DNA of 55,559 bases from Bacilli bacterium (GCA_045111495.1 JBGUGI010000092.1:1-55559), one strand, 5' to 3'. Positions 26,586 through 36,292 are shown, numbered from the stretch's first letter. Numbers and translations: made by a program. Notes: a model not told the origin generated them from the sequence alone.

Positions 26586-29315
26586 ATGTTATTAGAAGAT
26601 GAAAACAAAGTCTTAGACGAAGAAGTCCAAGATGAAGAAACTGAAGAAGTTTCCGCTGAAGAAGAACAAGAACTTGAAGCTGGTATCGTTGCAGGTTTAA
26701 CCGATGTTGATACCGTGCCATTAGTGAAAGAATCCTTCCTTGATTACGCCATGTCTGTTATCGTCGCTCGTGCGATTCCAGATGTCAGAGATGGTATGAA
26801 ACCAGTCCATAGACGTATCGTTTACTCTATGGCGGAAAATAATAACACTCCAGATAAACCATTCAAGAAGTGTGCTCGTATCGTCGGCGACGTTATGGGT
26901 AAATATCACCCTCATGGTGACCAAGCTATCTATGGTGCTTTAGCCAGATTAGCCCAACCATTTGCGATGAGATATATGCTAGTTGAAGGTCATGGTAACT
27001 TCGGTTCTGTCGATGGTGATGAACCAGCTGCTTACAGATATACCGAAGCCAGAATGGCTAAATTAGCATTAGAAATGGTCCGTGATATCAACTGTGATGT
27101 TGTTGATTTCATGGATAACTACGATGGTGTTGACCAAGAACCAACCGTCTTACCTTCTAGAATTCCTAACTTATTAGTTAATGGTAGTAGTGGTATTGCT
27201 GTTGGTATGGCCACAAACATCCCACCACACAACTTAGGTGAAGTTATTGATGGTGTTATTGCTATTGCCAGAAACCCACAAATCACTGTTGATGAATTAA
27301 TGGAATATATCAAAGGTCCAGACTTCCCAACAGGCGCTATTATCTTAGGTAGAAGTGGTATTCGTGATGCCTATGAAACAGGTACAGGTAGCATTGCTAT
27401 TAGAAGTAAATGCCATATCGAAGAACGTGGTGAACATGGTTTAAAACGTATTATCGTTGATGAAATCCCATATGGTATTAATAAAGCCAACATGATTGAA
27501 AACATGGCCACTTTAGTCCGTGATAAAGTCATTGAAGGTATTTCTGATATCCGTGATGAATCTAACAAAGACGGTATCCGTGTTGTTATTGAAGTCAAAC
27601 GTGACGCTATTCCAGAAGTTTTATTAAACCAATTATATAAACTCACCAACTTACAAGTGAGTTTTGGTATTATCAATCTCTGTTTAGTGGACAACGCTCC
27701 AAAAGTATGTTCCTTACCAGTCTTGTTACAAGAATACTTAAACTTCCAAGTTTCCGTTATTGAAAGAAGAACCAAATTCTTACTTGAAAAAGACGAAGCT
27801 AGAGATCATATCGTTATCGGCTTAATTAAGTGCCACGATAACATCGATGATATCGTTGATATCATTAAAGAAAGCGCTACTCCAGAAGAACCCACTAAGA
27901 CTTTAATGGAAAAATACGAATTCACTGAATTACAAGTGAACGCTATTTTAGCGATGACTCTCCGTCGTTTAACTGGTATTGAAACCGATAAGTTAATCGC
28001 TGAAAGAGAACAATTAGAAAAGAACATCGCTGAATACAAACGTATTCTTTCTTCTAGAGAAAACGAAATTGAAGTCGTTATCAAAGAATTAGAAGAAATC
28101 AAAGAAAAGTTCGGTGATGAAAGAAGAACAGAAATCTCTAACGTTGCCGCGAATATCGATGATGAAGATTTAATTCCACAAGAAGATATCGTTGTGACCT
28201 TATCTAGAGGTGGTTATGTTAAACGTTTAAGCGTTGATACATTCAAAGCCCAACATAGAGGTGGTAGAGGTGTCCGTGGTGCCTCATTAAATGAAAACGA
28301 TGTTGTTGACTTAATGGTCTACACAAAGACACACACAGACCTCTTATTCTTCACCGATTTAGGCAAAGTTTATCGTATCCGTGGTTACCAAATTCCTGAA
28401 TATCAAAGAACAGGTAAAGGTATCCCAGTCATTAACTTAATCAACATTGAAAAAGGTGAAAACGTTAAATCTATCATTGCTGTTGATGAATATTTAGATT
28501 ACAGATTCTTAATGTTCTTCACTAAAGATGGTATCGTCAAGAGAACACCAATCTCTGAATATGAATCTATTAGACAAAACGGTAAGATCGCTATCACATT
28601 AAGAGAAGGCGATAACTTATTAGCCGTTAAAGAAGTCCAAAGCAAGATGAAAGCTTATGGTGAATTTGATGCTGAAAAAGCTTATTACACCATGGCTTTA
28701 GATGAAAACGGTGTTGGTATCTTCACTAAAGTGGATAATCCAAAAGCCGAAGAAATGGATAACTACTACGTTGACACAATCGTCGGTATTGCTTCTAGCG
28801 AAGGCAAGATGGTTAACTTCCCAGTTGAAGAAGTGAGACCAATGGGTAGAACCGCTAGTGGTGTTATCGGTATTGATTTAGATGAAGGTGTGGAAGCTGT
28901 TGGTGTGACTGTCGCTTATGAAGGTGACTTAATCTTAGTCGTCACTGATAAAGGCTTTGGTAAGATGACACACTTCTCTGAATACCGTGTGACAAAGCGT
29001 GGTGCGAAAGGTGTTAGTACCCTTAAATCCACTGAAAAAGTGGGCAAAATCGTTACCGTCCGCTCTGTTTCTAGTGAAGATGACTTAATGGTTATCACTA
29101 ACTATGGTATCGTCATTAGAACCCACTTATCCGAAGTTAGACAATCTTCTAGAAACACCCAAGGTGTGAAAATCTTAAACCTCGAAGGTAGACAAAAAGT
29201 TTCTTCTATCGCTGTCGTTCCTTACGAAGAGGAAATTGAAGGCGAAGAATTAGAAGAAGAAGCAGTCGAGGGCGAAGAACAAGTTAACGAAGAAAATAAC
29301 GAAGTTAACGAATAG
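26586..29315 (+). CDS. gyrA: DNA gyrase subunit A (acidic N- and C-terminal tails, insertion in the C-terminal beta-pinwheel)
   Basis: FLDYAMSVIVARAIPDVRDGMKPVHRR, GKYHPHGDQAIYGALARLAQPF, AAYRYTEARM. Confidence 0.95.
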   Translation: MLLEDENKVLDEEVQDEETEEVSAEEEQELEAGIVAGLTDVDTVPLVKESFLDYAMSVIVARAIPDVRDGMKPVHRRIVYSMAENNNTPDKPFKKCARIVGDVMGKYHPHGDQAIYGALARLAQPFAMRYMLVEGHGNFGSVDGDEPAAYRYTEARMAKLALEMVRDINCDVVDFMDNYDGVDQEPTVLPSRIPNLLVNGSSGIAVGMATNIPPHNLGEVIDGVIAIARNPQITVDELMEYIKGPDFPTGAIILGRSGIRDAYETGTGSIAIRSKCHIEERGEHGLKRIIVDEIPYGINKANMIENMATLVRDKVIEGISDIRDESNKDGIRVVIEVKRDAIPEVLLNQLYKLTNLQVSFGIINLCLVDNAPKVCSLPVLLQEYLNFQVSVIERRTKFLLEKDEARDHIVIGLIKCHDNIDDIVDIIKESATPEEPTKTLMEKYEFTELQVNAILAMTLRRLTGIETDKLIAEREQLEKNIAEYKRILSSRENEIEVVIKELEEIKEKFGDERRTEISNVAANIDDEDLIPQEDIVVTLSRGGYVKRLSVDTFKAQHRGGRGVRGASLNENDVVDLMVYTKTHTDLLFFTDLGKVYRIRGYQIPEYQRTGKGIPVINLINIEKGENVKSIIAVDEYLDYRFLMFFTKDGIVKRTPISEYESIRQNGKIAITLREGDNLLAVKEVQSKMKAYGEFDAEKAYYTMALDENGVGIFTKVDNPKAEEMDNYYVDTIVGIASSEGKMVNFPVEEVRPMGRTASGVIGIDLDEGVEAVGVTVAYEGDLILVVTDKGFGKMTHFSEYRVTKRGAKGVSTLKSTEKVGKIVTVRSVSSEDDLMVITNYGIVIRTHLSEVRQSSRNTQGVKILNLEGRQKVSSIAVVPYEEEIEGEELEEEAVEGEEQVNEENNEVNE

Positions 29316-29318
29316 TTT

Positions 29319-30329
29319 ATGAAAGCATTAATTTACTTTCAACCAGGTAATAAATACGACAATTACGAGGGCGCTAGGATGCGTAAAACCATCAAGGGCG
29401 CCCTTGAGGTCGTTGATATGCAGTACACATCCAACATCTATGATGAATATGATGTGGCCCATTTCATCTCGCCTGATGATGAAAGTAAAATGAATCTCGT
29501 TTTAGAAAGAGGTGTCCCATGTGTCGTCTCCGCTTTATTTGGGGAAGATGACCCATCTGTTAGTTTCTTAAAATATCGTAGAGACAAGGATGGTAAAAGA
29601 GTCACCACTTTAAGAAATAGAGCATTAAGAATGCTTAATAAAGCCACATTAGTGTTAGTGCCTTCTGAATCCGCGAAGAGATACTTAATTGAAAATAAAG
29701 TTGAAACTCCAATTGAGGTTTGCCCTCCAGGAGTTAACTTAGCGAGATTCAACTTCTCTAGAGATGATGAAAAAGAACTCTTCTATCGTTATTTTAGAGA
29801 AGATAAAAATAAGAAAATCGTCCTTGCGGTTGGTGAATATGATAACTTAGGTGGTATTCATGCTTTCATCAATGCAGCATTAAAAAGAGACGACACGGTA
29901 TTCTATTATGTTGGTTATGAATCTAAAGCAGCGAAGTCTTCTAAGGTCAAAAAGATCATTAAAGAAGCACCTAAGAATGTCCGCTTTAAATTCATCTTAC
30001 CTGACGATATTTATCGTAGCTTATTACTTAATGCTGATGTGTTTATGCTTCCTGGCTATAATTTAGCAGGAGCAATCTCTGTTGAAGAAGCGATGGCGGC
30101 TAAATGCCAATTGATTGTGAGAAAGTCATCTATCTTCGCAGGAACACTTAAAAATGAGTCTACTGCTTATATTGCAGAATTCTCTGAAACATTAACATCA
30201 CTTGTTTTAGAATATTTAAATGGTGATGTCCAACCAACAATTCAAGAAGCTTATAATCAAATCTCAAAAAATAGCTTAAAGAGTTTTGGCGAAAATCTTA
30301 TTAACATCTATAAATCTATAATTAAATAA
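29319..30329 (+). CDS. Glycosyltransferase, divergent GT4-like
   Basis: VLVPSESAKRYL...VCPPGVNLARF and a C-terminal ...ADVFMLPGYNLAGAISVEEAMAAKCQLIV (EX7E-like region). No obvious SD, so the start is uncertain. Confidence 0.55.
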   Translation: MKALIYFQPGNKYDNYEGARMRKTIKGALEVVDMQYTSNIYDEYDVAHFISPDDESKMNLVLERGVPCVVSALFGEDDPSVSFLKYRRDKDGKRVTTLRNRALRMLNKATLVLVPSESAKRYLIENKVETPIEVCPPGVNLARFNFSRDDEKELFYRYFREDKNKKIVLAVGEYDNLGGIHAFINAALKRDDTVFYYVGYESKAAKSSKVKKIIKEAPKNVRFKFILPDDIYRSLLLNADVFMLPGYNLAGAISVEEAMAAKCQLIVRKSSIFAGTLKNESTAYIAEFSETLTSLVLEYLNGDVQPTIQEAYNQISKNSLKSFGENLINIYKSIIK

Positions 30330-30352
30330 TAAATAAAGAGGAGAAACTGATT

Positions 30353-31636
30353 ATGTTAGACATTAATCGTATTCGTGAAAACCCAGAAGGTGTAAAAGAA
30401 GCGCTTAAAAAGAAATTATGGGACGCTGATTTTACCGAATTATTAGCCTGGGATAAAAGAAAAAAAGAATTAATCCAATTCGTTGAAGGCAATAAAGCCG
30501 AAATGAACAAATTATCCGCGAGTGTTCCACAAGCGAAAAAGAATGGGGAAGATGTTTCCAAAATCTTCGCTAAAGTTAAAGAAATCGCCGCTAAAAATGC
30601 TGAATCAGATAAGGAATTAAAAGAATTAGAAGATAAAATCTTCAACTTCTTAGCGGAACTTCCAAACATTCCTGATGATGACTTATTAGGTGGCGGTAAA
30701 GAAAACAATAAACCAATTAGATCTTTTGGTAAGAAACCAGAATTTGATTTCCCAATGAAAGATCACGTTGAACTTGCCACTTCCTTAGGTTTAGTGGACT
30801 ATGATAGAGCGGCTAAAATCGCTGGTCGTGGTGCTTGGATTTATACAAATTTAGGCGCTCAACTTGAATGGGCCTTACTTAACTACTTCATCACCACACA
30901 CTTAAAAGATGGTTACACATTCATCTTACCTCCTCATTTATTAAACGAAGCTTCTGGTTTCGGTGCTGGTCAATTCCCAAAATTTAGAGAAGATGTTTTC
31001 TGGCTTGAAGGTATGGAACCAAAGAGATTCTTATTACCAACCGCTGAAACAGCTTTAGTAAATATCTATCGTGATGAAATCATGAAAGAAGAAGATTTAC
31101 CAAAGAAATTATTCGCCTACACTCCATGCTATAGAAGAGAAGCCGGTTCTTATAGAACTGAAGAAAGAGGTATGATTCGTGGTTATCAATTCGACAAAGT
31201 CGAAATGGTCCAATATACCAAACCAGAAGATAGCGATGCTGCCTTTGAAGAATTAGTGGCCAAAGCAGAAGGTTTAGTTCAAGGCTTAGGCTTACATTAT
31301 CAAGTAAGTAAACTTGCCGCTGGTGATATCTCTCACTCTATGGCAAGAACATACGATATCGAAGTCTATTTACCAAGTATGGGTATCTATAAAGAAGTTT
31401 CTTCCGCGAGTAACGCTAGAGACTATCAAGCAAGAAGAACAATGTGCCGTTATAGAGATAACGCTACAGGAAAGACCAGATACGTGCATACATTAAACGC
31501 TTCTGGCTTAGCTACTTCCCGTATCTTCCCAGCCATACTTGAACAGTTCCAACAAGCTGATGGATCTGTCGTCATTCCAGAAGTCTTAAGACCATGGATG
31601 GGTGGCTTAGAAGTCTTAAAACCAATTAAGAAATAA
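30353..31636 (+). CDS. serS: Seryl-tRNA synthetase
   Basis: MLDINRIRENPE..., class II motifs TPCYRREAGS, RGYQFDKVEMV, HTLNASGLATSR. Confidence 0.95.
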   Translation: MLDINRIRENPEGVKEALKKKLWDADFTELLAWDKRKKELIQFVEGNKAEMNKLSASVPQAKKNGEDVSKIFAKVKEIAAKNAESDKELKELEDKIFNFLAELPNIPDDDLLGGGKENNKPIRSFGKKPEFDFPMKDHVELATSLGLVDYDRAAKIAGRGAWIYTNLGAQLEWALLNYFITTHLKDGYTFILPPHLLNEASGFGAGQFPKFREDVFWLEGMEPKRFLLPTAETALVNIYRDEIMKEEDLPKKLFAYTPCYRREAGSYRTEERGMIRGYQFDKVEMVQYTKPEDSDAAFEELVAKAEGLVQGLGLHYQVSKLAAGDISHSMARTYDIEVYLPSMGIYKEVSSASNARDYQARRTMCRYRDNATGKTRYVHTLNASGLATSRIFPAILEQFQQADGSVVIPEVLRPWMGGLEVLKPIKK

Positions 31637-31654
31637 TTGCTTAAACTAATAAAG

Positions 31655-31677
31655 AGGTGCCTCGGCACCTTTTTTTA
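31655..31677 (+). terminator. Terminator after serS
   Basis: Hairpin AGGTGCC / GGCACCT followed by T7. Confidence 0.8.
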
Positions 31678-31740
31678 TTAAGAAAAAATAACACATGCTT
31701 AGCAAATATATTATTATTTAGATATCTACGGAGAATTTTT

Positions 31741-33168
31741 ATGAAAAAATGCATTAAATGTGGCGTTGAATACGAAGATGATGCGCGTTTTTGTCCTAAG
31801 TGTGGCGAACCTTTGCAAGCGGAAAACGTTTGTCAAAAATGTGGTAAGCCAATAACTGTCGAAGATGTGTTTTGTAGATACTGTGGCCACAAAATCGAAA
31901 AAGAATACAGATGCGAAAAATGTAATGCTGTATTAAATGAAGGCGCTAAGTTCTGTCCAGAATGTGGCACAAAAGTGGAAAACCCAATTATTTCTAATAA
32001 GCAAACCTATAGAGCGAAACCAAATGGTGCGTCTTCTAATAATTTAATGAACAAGATTGTGTTCTTCATCTTTGGTGGCACAATGCTTTTATTGTTCGTT
32101 CTTATGCTTGTTGGATGCTTTGGCGATATCGTTGCTACTTATGAATCACCAAGAGGCACTGGTTTATTCGCCGCTCTCGGTGGTAACTCCAAAGTTTCTA
32201 TTGATTATTTCTTTGGTAAAGCGGTCAAGAACATTAACGCCGCTACCGAATATATGGATTATCCTGAATACAAAATATTCTCGATTGTAATGCTTGTCTT
32301 TGAATATATTTTCTGGGTTGTTGCAATCGGCTTTGCTATCTTTGGAATCACCTATGCAATTATTAAATTAGTTAAAGGATATCAAAAGAAAGATTATTCG
32401 TTGAATAATAAAGTCTATGCCGCTTGTGCTTTATGTGGCTTACCATATCTATTCATTTTCGCGATACAAAACTTTGTTGATATCCATGTTGTTGCTTCTG
32501 CCTACGGAGTGGACACTACTATCAAATATGATATGGGTGTGAGATTTGGATGGGGCACAACAATGATTATGGTGGCTATCATTATCGCTGTTTGCTTAAT
32601 CGCTCTTCAAAGAGTGGCTCAGGCTATTAGTGAAAAGAACAACATCGTTAGAGCATCAATTGTTTCTGCGATTTCGATTGCCTTCTTTGCGGTATTTATC
32701 GCTTCTATTGGTAAAGCCGTTGGATTAGATTATTCAAAGACAGGTGGATCTTTAAATGGTTTCATGTCAGTTTTCTCTCTTTTCTCTTCTTCTTTATCGC
32801 AGTTCAGTTCAGATGCTATTAAAGATATTCCAAATGAAGCCATATTGTGCCTTGTTGGTTCTTTAATTTTACTTGCTTCTTATTTGGCTGGTGCATTGTT
32901 AATTGGCCAACAATTAAGCAAACCAGGAAATATTGTACTTTCCATCGTGTTTGGCGCATTACTTATTGGTTTAACAATCGCTGGTAGTGTCATTTGTTAT
33001 CAAGGTGCAAAAGATAGTAGTGCATTCTCATATTTGTTTAGCTTATCTGAAGAAGAAACCTTAATTACTTATAGTGGCTTTGGTATTGCTTTACCAATTG
33101 TTACCGCTTTATCAGTTGCCGGATCTATCGTGACACAAAAGATAAAATTCAATAAAGCTCAAGCATAG
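31741..33168 (+). CDS. Membrane protein with three N-terminal zinc ribbons and a polytopic C-terminal domain
   Basis: CIKCG...CPKCG, CQKCG...CRYCG and CEKCN...CPECG, then at least 8 hydrophobic segments. ATG at 31741 with GGAGAA upstream; the track start at 31657 lies in the serS terminator region. Confidence 0.7.
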   Translation: MKKCIKCGVEYEDDARFCPKCGEPLQAENVCQKCGKPITVEDVFCRYCGHKIEKEYRCEKCNAVLNEGAKFCPECGTKVENPIISNKQTYRAKPNGASSNNLMNKIVFFIFGGTMLLLFVLMLVGCFGDIVATYESPRGTGLFAALGGNSKVSIDYFFGKAVKNINAATEYMDYPEYKIFSIVMLVFEYIFWVVAIGFAIFGITYAIIKLVKGYQKKDYSLNNKVYAACALCGLPYLFIFAIQNFVDIHVVASAYGVDTTIKYDMGVRFGWGTTMIMVAIIIAVCLIALQRVAQAISEKNNIVRASIVSAISIAFFAVFIASIGKAVGLDYSKTGGSLNGFMSVFSLFSSSLSQFSSDAIKDIPNEAILCLVGSLILLASYLAGALLIGQQLSKPGNIVLSIVFGALLIGLTIAGSVICYQGAKDSSAFSYLFSLSEEETLITYSGFGIALPIVTALSVAGSIVTQKIKFNKAQA

Positions 33169-33174
33169 ATAATT

Positions 33175-33199
33175 GGACACAATAAAATGTGTCCTTTTT
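33175..33199 (+). terminator. Terminator after the zinc-ribbon membrane protein gene
   Basis: Hairpin GGACAC-AATAAAAT-GTGTCC followed by T5. Confidence 0.75.
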
Positions 33200-33214
33200 A
33201 ATATGTTTCTTTAA

Positions 33215-33223
33215 TGCTATAAT
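33215..33223 (+). promoter_or_regulatory. Extended -10 promoter element (TGcTATAAT) for the SRP RNA
   Basis: TGCTATAAT lies about 6-8 nt upstream of the predicted RNA 5' end. Confidence 0.6.
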
Positions 33224-33228
33224 CATTT

Positions 33229-33313
33229 CGCCATCGCGATGAATATTTGCGAACCAGGTCAGGACAGGAATGTAGCAGCCTTAAGTATTATGTTCATGTG
33301 CGGTGGTTTATTT
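33229..33313 (+). ncRNA. ffs: Small (4.5S-type) signal recognition particle RNA
   Basis: Domain IV core CCAGGTCAGGACAGGAATGTAGCAGCC matches the conserved bacterial CCAGGUCAGGUCCGGAAGGAAGCAGCC (GGAA tetraloop, UCAGG and AGCA loops). The closing helix CGCCATCGCGATGAA / TTCATGTGCGGTGG pairs with G-U pairs and one bulge. The RNA ends are approximate. Confidence 0.8.
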
Positions 33314-33320
33314 AATTAGT

Positions 33321-33776
33321 ATGGATAAAGATATTAAATACATGATGGAGGCTTTAAAAGAAGCCGAACTAGCAAAGCTAGAGGATGAAGTCCCTATTGG
33401 TTGTGTGATTGTTAAGGATGATCAAATTATCGCTAGAAGTCATAACCAAAGAGATAAGTCACACAATCCTTTAGGCCACGCTGAAACATTAGCGATTAAA
33501 GAAGCTAGTGAAGTGTTAGGTGATTGGCAGTTAGTGGACTGTGAATTATATGTCACAATTGAGCCATGTATCATGTGCAGTGGGGCAATTATTCAATCAA
33601 GAATTAAGCGTGTTATATATGGCGCTCCTGATATCAAAGGTGGAGCGTTTGGCTCCTCCATTAATATCCTTGAGGCTAGCAATATAAATCATCATCCAGA
33701 AGTAGTAAAAGGTGTCTTAGAAAACGAGTGCTCTTCCATCATCAAAAACTACTTCAAAAGTAAAAGAAAACAATAA
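33321..33776 (+). CDS. tadA: tRNA-specific adenosine-34 deaminase
   Basis: HAETLAI ... PCIMCSGA zinc motifs. Start chosen at MDKDIKYMMEALKEA; the GTG at 33303 lies inside the SRP RNA. Confidence 0.9.
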   Translation: MDKDIKYMMEALKEAELAKLEDEVPIGCVIVKDDQIIARSHNQRDKSHNPLGHAETLAIKEASEVLGDWQLVDCELYVTIEPCIMCSGAIIQSRIKRVIYGAPDIKGGAFGSSINILEASNINHHPEVVKGVLENECSSIIKNYFKSKRKQ

Positions 33777-33788
33777 CTTTATAAATAA

Positions 33789-33814
33789 ACTTGGCTCAAT
33801 GTCCAAGTTTTTTA
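33789..33814 (+). terminator. Terminator after tadA
   Basis: Hairpin ACTTGG-CTCAATGT-CCAAGT followed by a T-run. Confidence 0.65.
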
Positions 33815-33828
33815 TATTATGTATGTGT

Positions 33829-36291
33829 ATGAGCACAGATATAGAACGTTATAATCCAGATATTGAAAAAGGTCTTTCTTCTGAACAAGTTGAAGAACGT
33901 AAAAAAGCACATTTAGTTAATAAGAGTAAGAAAGCCTTTGGTAAAACATATACTCAAATTATTGTTAGTAACCTTTTCAGTTTCTTTAATATTGTTCTTT
34001 ATCTCATCGCTGGTATTTTGATTTATGTCGCTGTGAGATTTAATGAAACTAAGATCTTGTGGGGTATGTTCTTCCTCATCATCTTAGCGGCTAATACAGG
34101 TATTGGCTTATACGAAGATATATCCGCGAGAAGATTATTAAGTAAACTTAGATTAATTACCCAAGCCAAAGCGGTAGTTATTAGAGATGGTAATAAACAA
34201 GAATTAACCACTGATGAAGTGGTGTTAGATGATATTCTCTATATCGAAAAAGATACCCAAATATGTGTAGATGGTATTGTTTTAAGTGGTGAAGTCAGTG
34301 TTAATGAATCACTTATTACTGGTGAATCCGTTAACGTTTATAAGAAAGTTGGAGAAACCGTTTATTCAGGCACTTATGTCACTAGTGGTAGTGGCTATAT
34401 CAAAGCGGATAAAGTTGGTCCAGCTTGTCTTGCTAATACCTTACAATCTAAGGCTAATAAATTTAAAAGATCACCATCACAAATCCTCCGCTCATTAAAT
34501 AGTATGTTCTTAGTTATCGGTGTCACCGTTATTGTGATGGGTATTTTTATGCTTATTACATTTATCGCTCAAGGCAAGTTTAGTAGTGATGAATTAATCG
34601 TTAAGAGTGTTAAATCAATTACTGGTAGCTTAGTAGCGATGATTCCTAGTGGTTTATATTTATTAACCAGTACCGCTTTAGCGGTAGCGGTTATCAACCT
34701 TGCTAAAAAGAAAGCACAAATCCAAGATTTCTATTCTGTAGAAATGCTCGCAAGAGTGGACACACTTTGTGTGGATAAAACAGGCACTATTACAGATGGT
34801 AATTTAATGGTTTATAAAACCGTCATATTTGATAAAGCTATTCCTGAATCATATGTTGCTCAAGCGATATCTAATTTGTTATGGGCCACTAATGATAAAA
34901 ACGCTACCGCAGTGGCGCTAAGACAAGTCTATGATTTAGAGCTAAGTGCCGGTATTAAAGTTGCTTTACCATTTAGCAGTGAAAATAAATATTCTGGTGC
35001 GACTTTTAAAGGCGGAAAAACCTTTATTATGGGCGCTCCTGAATTCTTACCTTTGAAAGATAAACCAGGTATTCTTAAAAGATGTGAAGAATATACAAAA
35101 GAAGGCCTACGGGTATTAGTTTTAGGTGAAGGTAAAGAAGAAATCGCTAATAACAAATATAACGGTCAATTAACTGCAGTAGCGATGTTAGTCATTAAAG
35201 ATCACGTAAGGGAAGATGCTTTAGAAACATTTAAGTGGTTCGCTAATAACGGAGTGGATATTAAAGTCATCTCTGGTGACAATGCTCAAACAGTTAGTTC
35301 TATTGCTTATGAAGCGGGTATTGCTAACGCTGTTAACTTTATCTCCTTAGAAGGTATGTCTATTGAAGAAGTGAAACAAATTGCTGATAAATATACAGTC
35401 TTTGGTAGAGTGACACCAGAACAAAAAGAAGCCTTAGTTATCGCTTTAAAAGAAGCTGGTAAAACTGTCGCTATGACGGGTGATGGCGTTAATGATATCT
35501 TAGCGTTAAAACGTTCTGACTGTTCTATTGCTATGGCCAGTGGCGCTGAAGCCGCAAGAAACATTTCTCATATCGTTTTATTAGATTCTAACTTTGCTAG
35601 ATTACCAGCGGTTGTTGATGAAGGTAGAAGAGTAGTTAATAACTTACAAAGAACAGCCTCATTATTTGTCACTAAAACAATATTTGCTTTCGTGACCACT
35701 TTAGTGTTTACACTAGCGTCTATTATTGAAAGAAATCCAGAAGTCCAATATCCATTTGTGACTAACCATTTATATTTATGGGAAATCTTCACTAGTGGTT
35801 ACGCTGCTTTCTTTATTGCTTTGGAAAGAAATAGTGAAAAGATTAAAGGTGGATTCTTATCTAACATCTTTAAGAAAGCCATACCCGCTGCGGCTACATT
35901 AACTGGTGCAGTATTAATTACCTTCTTATTCTATGTCTTGCAAAATAATGGTGTGGTTAACTGGGGTATTTATACAAGAGGCACAGCGATCGCAATGAGT
36001 ATTATTGCTTTTAGCTTATTAGGTTTAGTGGTTTTATATCGCGTTTGTTGTCCATTATCTAAGTATCGTCGTATCGTATTCCTCTGTGTTGTCGCTATTA
36101 ATGCGTTATTCTTATTAGTGACATCAATTGTTAGTGTAACTAACCAAATTACTGAACCAATACTACAAATACCATATATTGAATTAAGTGGACCTGCTAT
36201 TTTAGTAATGTCATTTATCATCGTTATTTTAGCGGGTATTTATATACTCTCATATCGCATTTGGAATGCAATTAAAGGAAGGGATGAATAG
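33829..36291 (+). CDS. P-type (HAD-IC) cation-transporting ATPase with a non-canonical TM4 motif
   Basis: TGES (LITGESVNV), DKTGTITDG, TGDGVNDILALK. TM4 reads IPSGL instead of PEGL. Start is ambiguous between 33823 and 33829; the track start at 33799 lies in the terminator hairpin. Confidence 0.85.
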   Translation: MSTDIERYNPDIEKGLSSEQVEERKKAHLVNKSKKAFGKTYTQIIVSNLFSFFNIVLYLIAGILIYVAVRFNETKILWGMFFLIILAANTGIGLYEDISARRLLSKLRLITQAKAVVIRDGNKQELTTDEVVLDDILYIEKDTQICVDGIVLSGEVSVNESLITGESVNVYKKVGETVYSGTYVTSGSGYIKADKVGPACLANTLQSKANKFKRSPSQILRSLNSMFLVIGVTVIVMGIFMLITFIAQGKFSSDELIVKSVKSITGSLVAMIPSGLYLLTSTALAVAVINLAKKKAQIQDFYSVEMLARVDTLCVDKTGTITDGNLMVYKTVIFDKAIPESYVAQAISNLLWATNDKNATAVALRQVYDLELSAGIKVALPFSSENKYSGATFKGGKTFIMGAPEFLPLKDKPGILKRCEEYTKEGLRVLVLGEGKEEIANNKYNGQLTAVAMLVIKDHVREDALETFKWFANNGVDIKVISGDNAQTVSSIAYEAGIANAVNFISLEGMSIEEVKQIADKYTVFGRVTPEQKEALVIALKEAGKTVAMTGDGVNDILALKRSDCSIAMASGAEAARNISHIVLLDSNFARLPAVVDEGRRVVNNLQRTASLFVTKTIFAFVTTLVFTLASIIERNPEVQYPFVTNHLYLWEIFTSGYAAFFIALERNSEKIKGGFLSNIFKKAIPAAATLTGAVLITFLFYVLQNNGVVNWGIYTRGTAIAMSIIAFSLLGLVVLYRVCCPLSKYRRIVFLCVVAINALFLLVTSIVSVTNQITEPILQIPYIELSGPAILVMSFIIVILAGIYILSYRIWNAIKGRDE

Positions 36292-36292
36292 T

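Noticed and set aside
27371-27775. Long antisense ORFs inside conserved genes, such as 27371-27775(-) in gyrA, 22213-22605(-) in dnaN, 11441-11812(+) in glcK, 13173-13550(+) in ispE, 30322-30708(-) in serS and 50233-50499(+) in arcC
   Set aside because: Each lies entirely within a confidently identified gene on the opposite strand. They have low-complexity Ser/Leu/Ile-rich translations typical of antisense frames in AT-rich DNA, and no RBS.
30330-30352. Possible T-box leader for serS
   Set aside because: Only 23 nt separate the upstream gene from serS, so there is no room for a T-box of about 200 nt. serS is evidently co-transcribed with the preceding gene.
31657-31740. Upstream extension of the zinc-ribbon membrane protein ORF (MPRHLFLLRKNN...) and the antisense ORF at 31450-31668
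   Set aside because: Both run through the serS terminator hairpin. The ATG at 31741 has its own RBS and begins exactly at the first zinc ribbon.
33799-33828. Track start MSKFFILCMC for the P-type ATPase
   Set aside because: The ATG at 33799 lies inside the tadA terminator hairpin. The start was moved to the ATG pair at 33823/33829, although the choice between those two remains uncertain.
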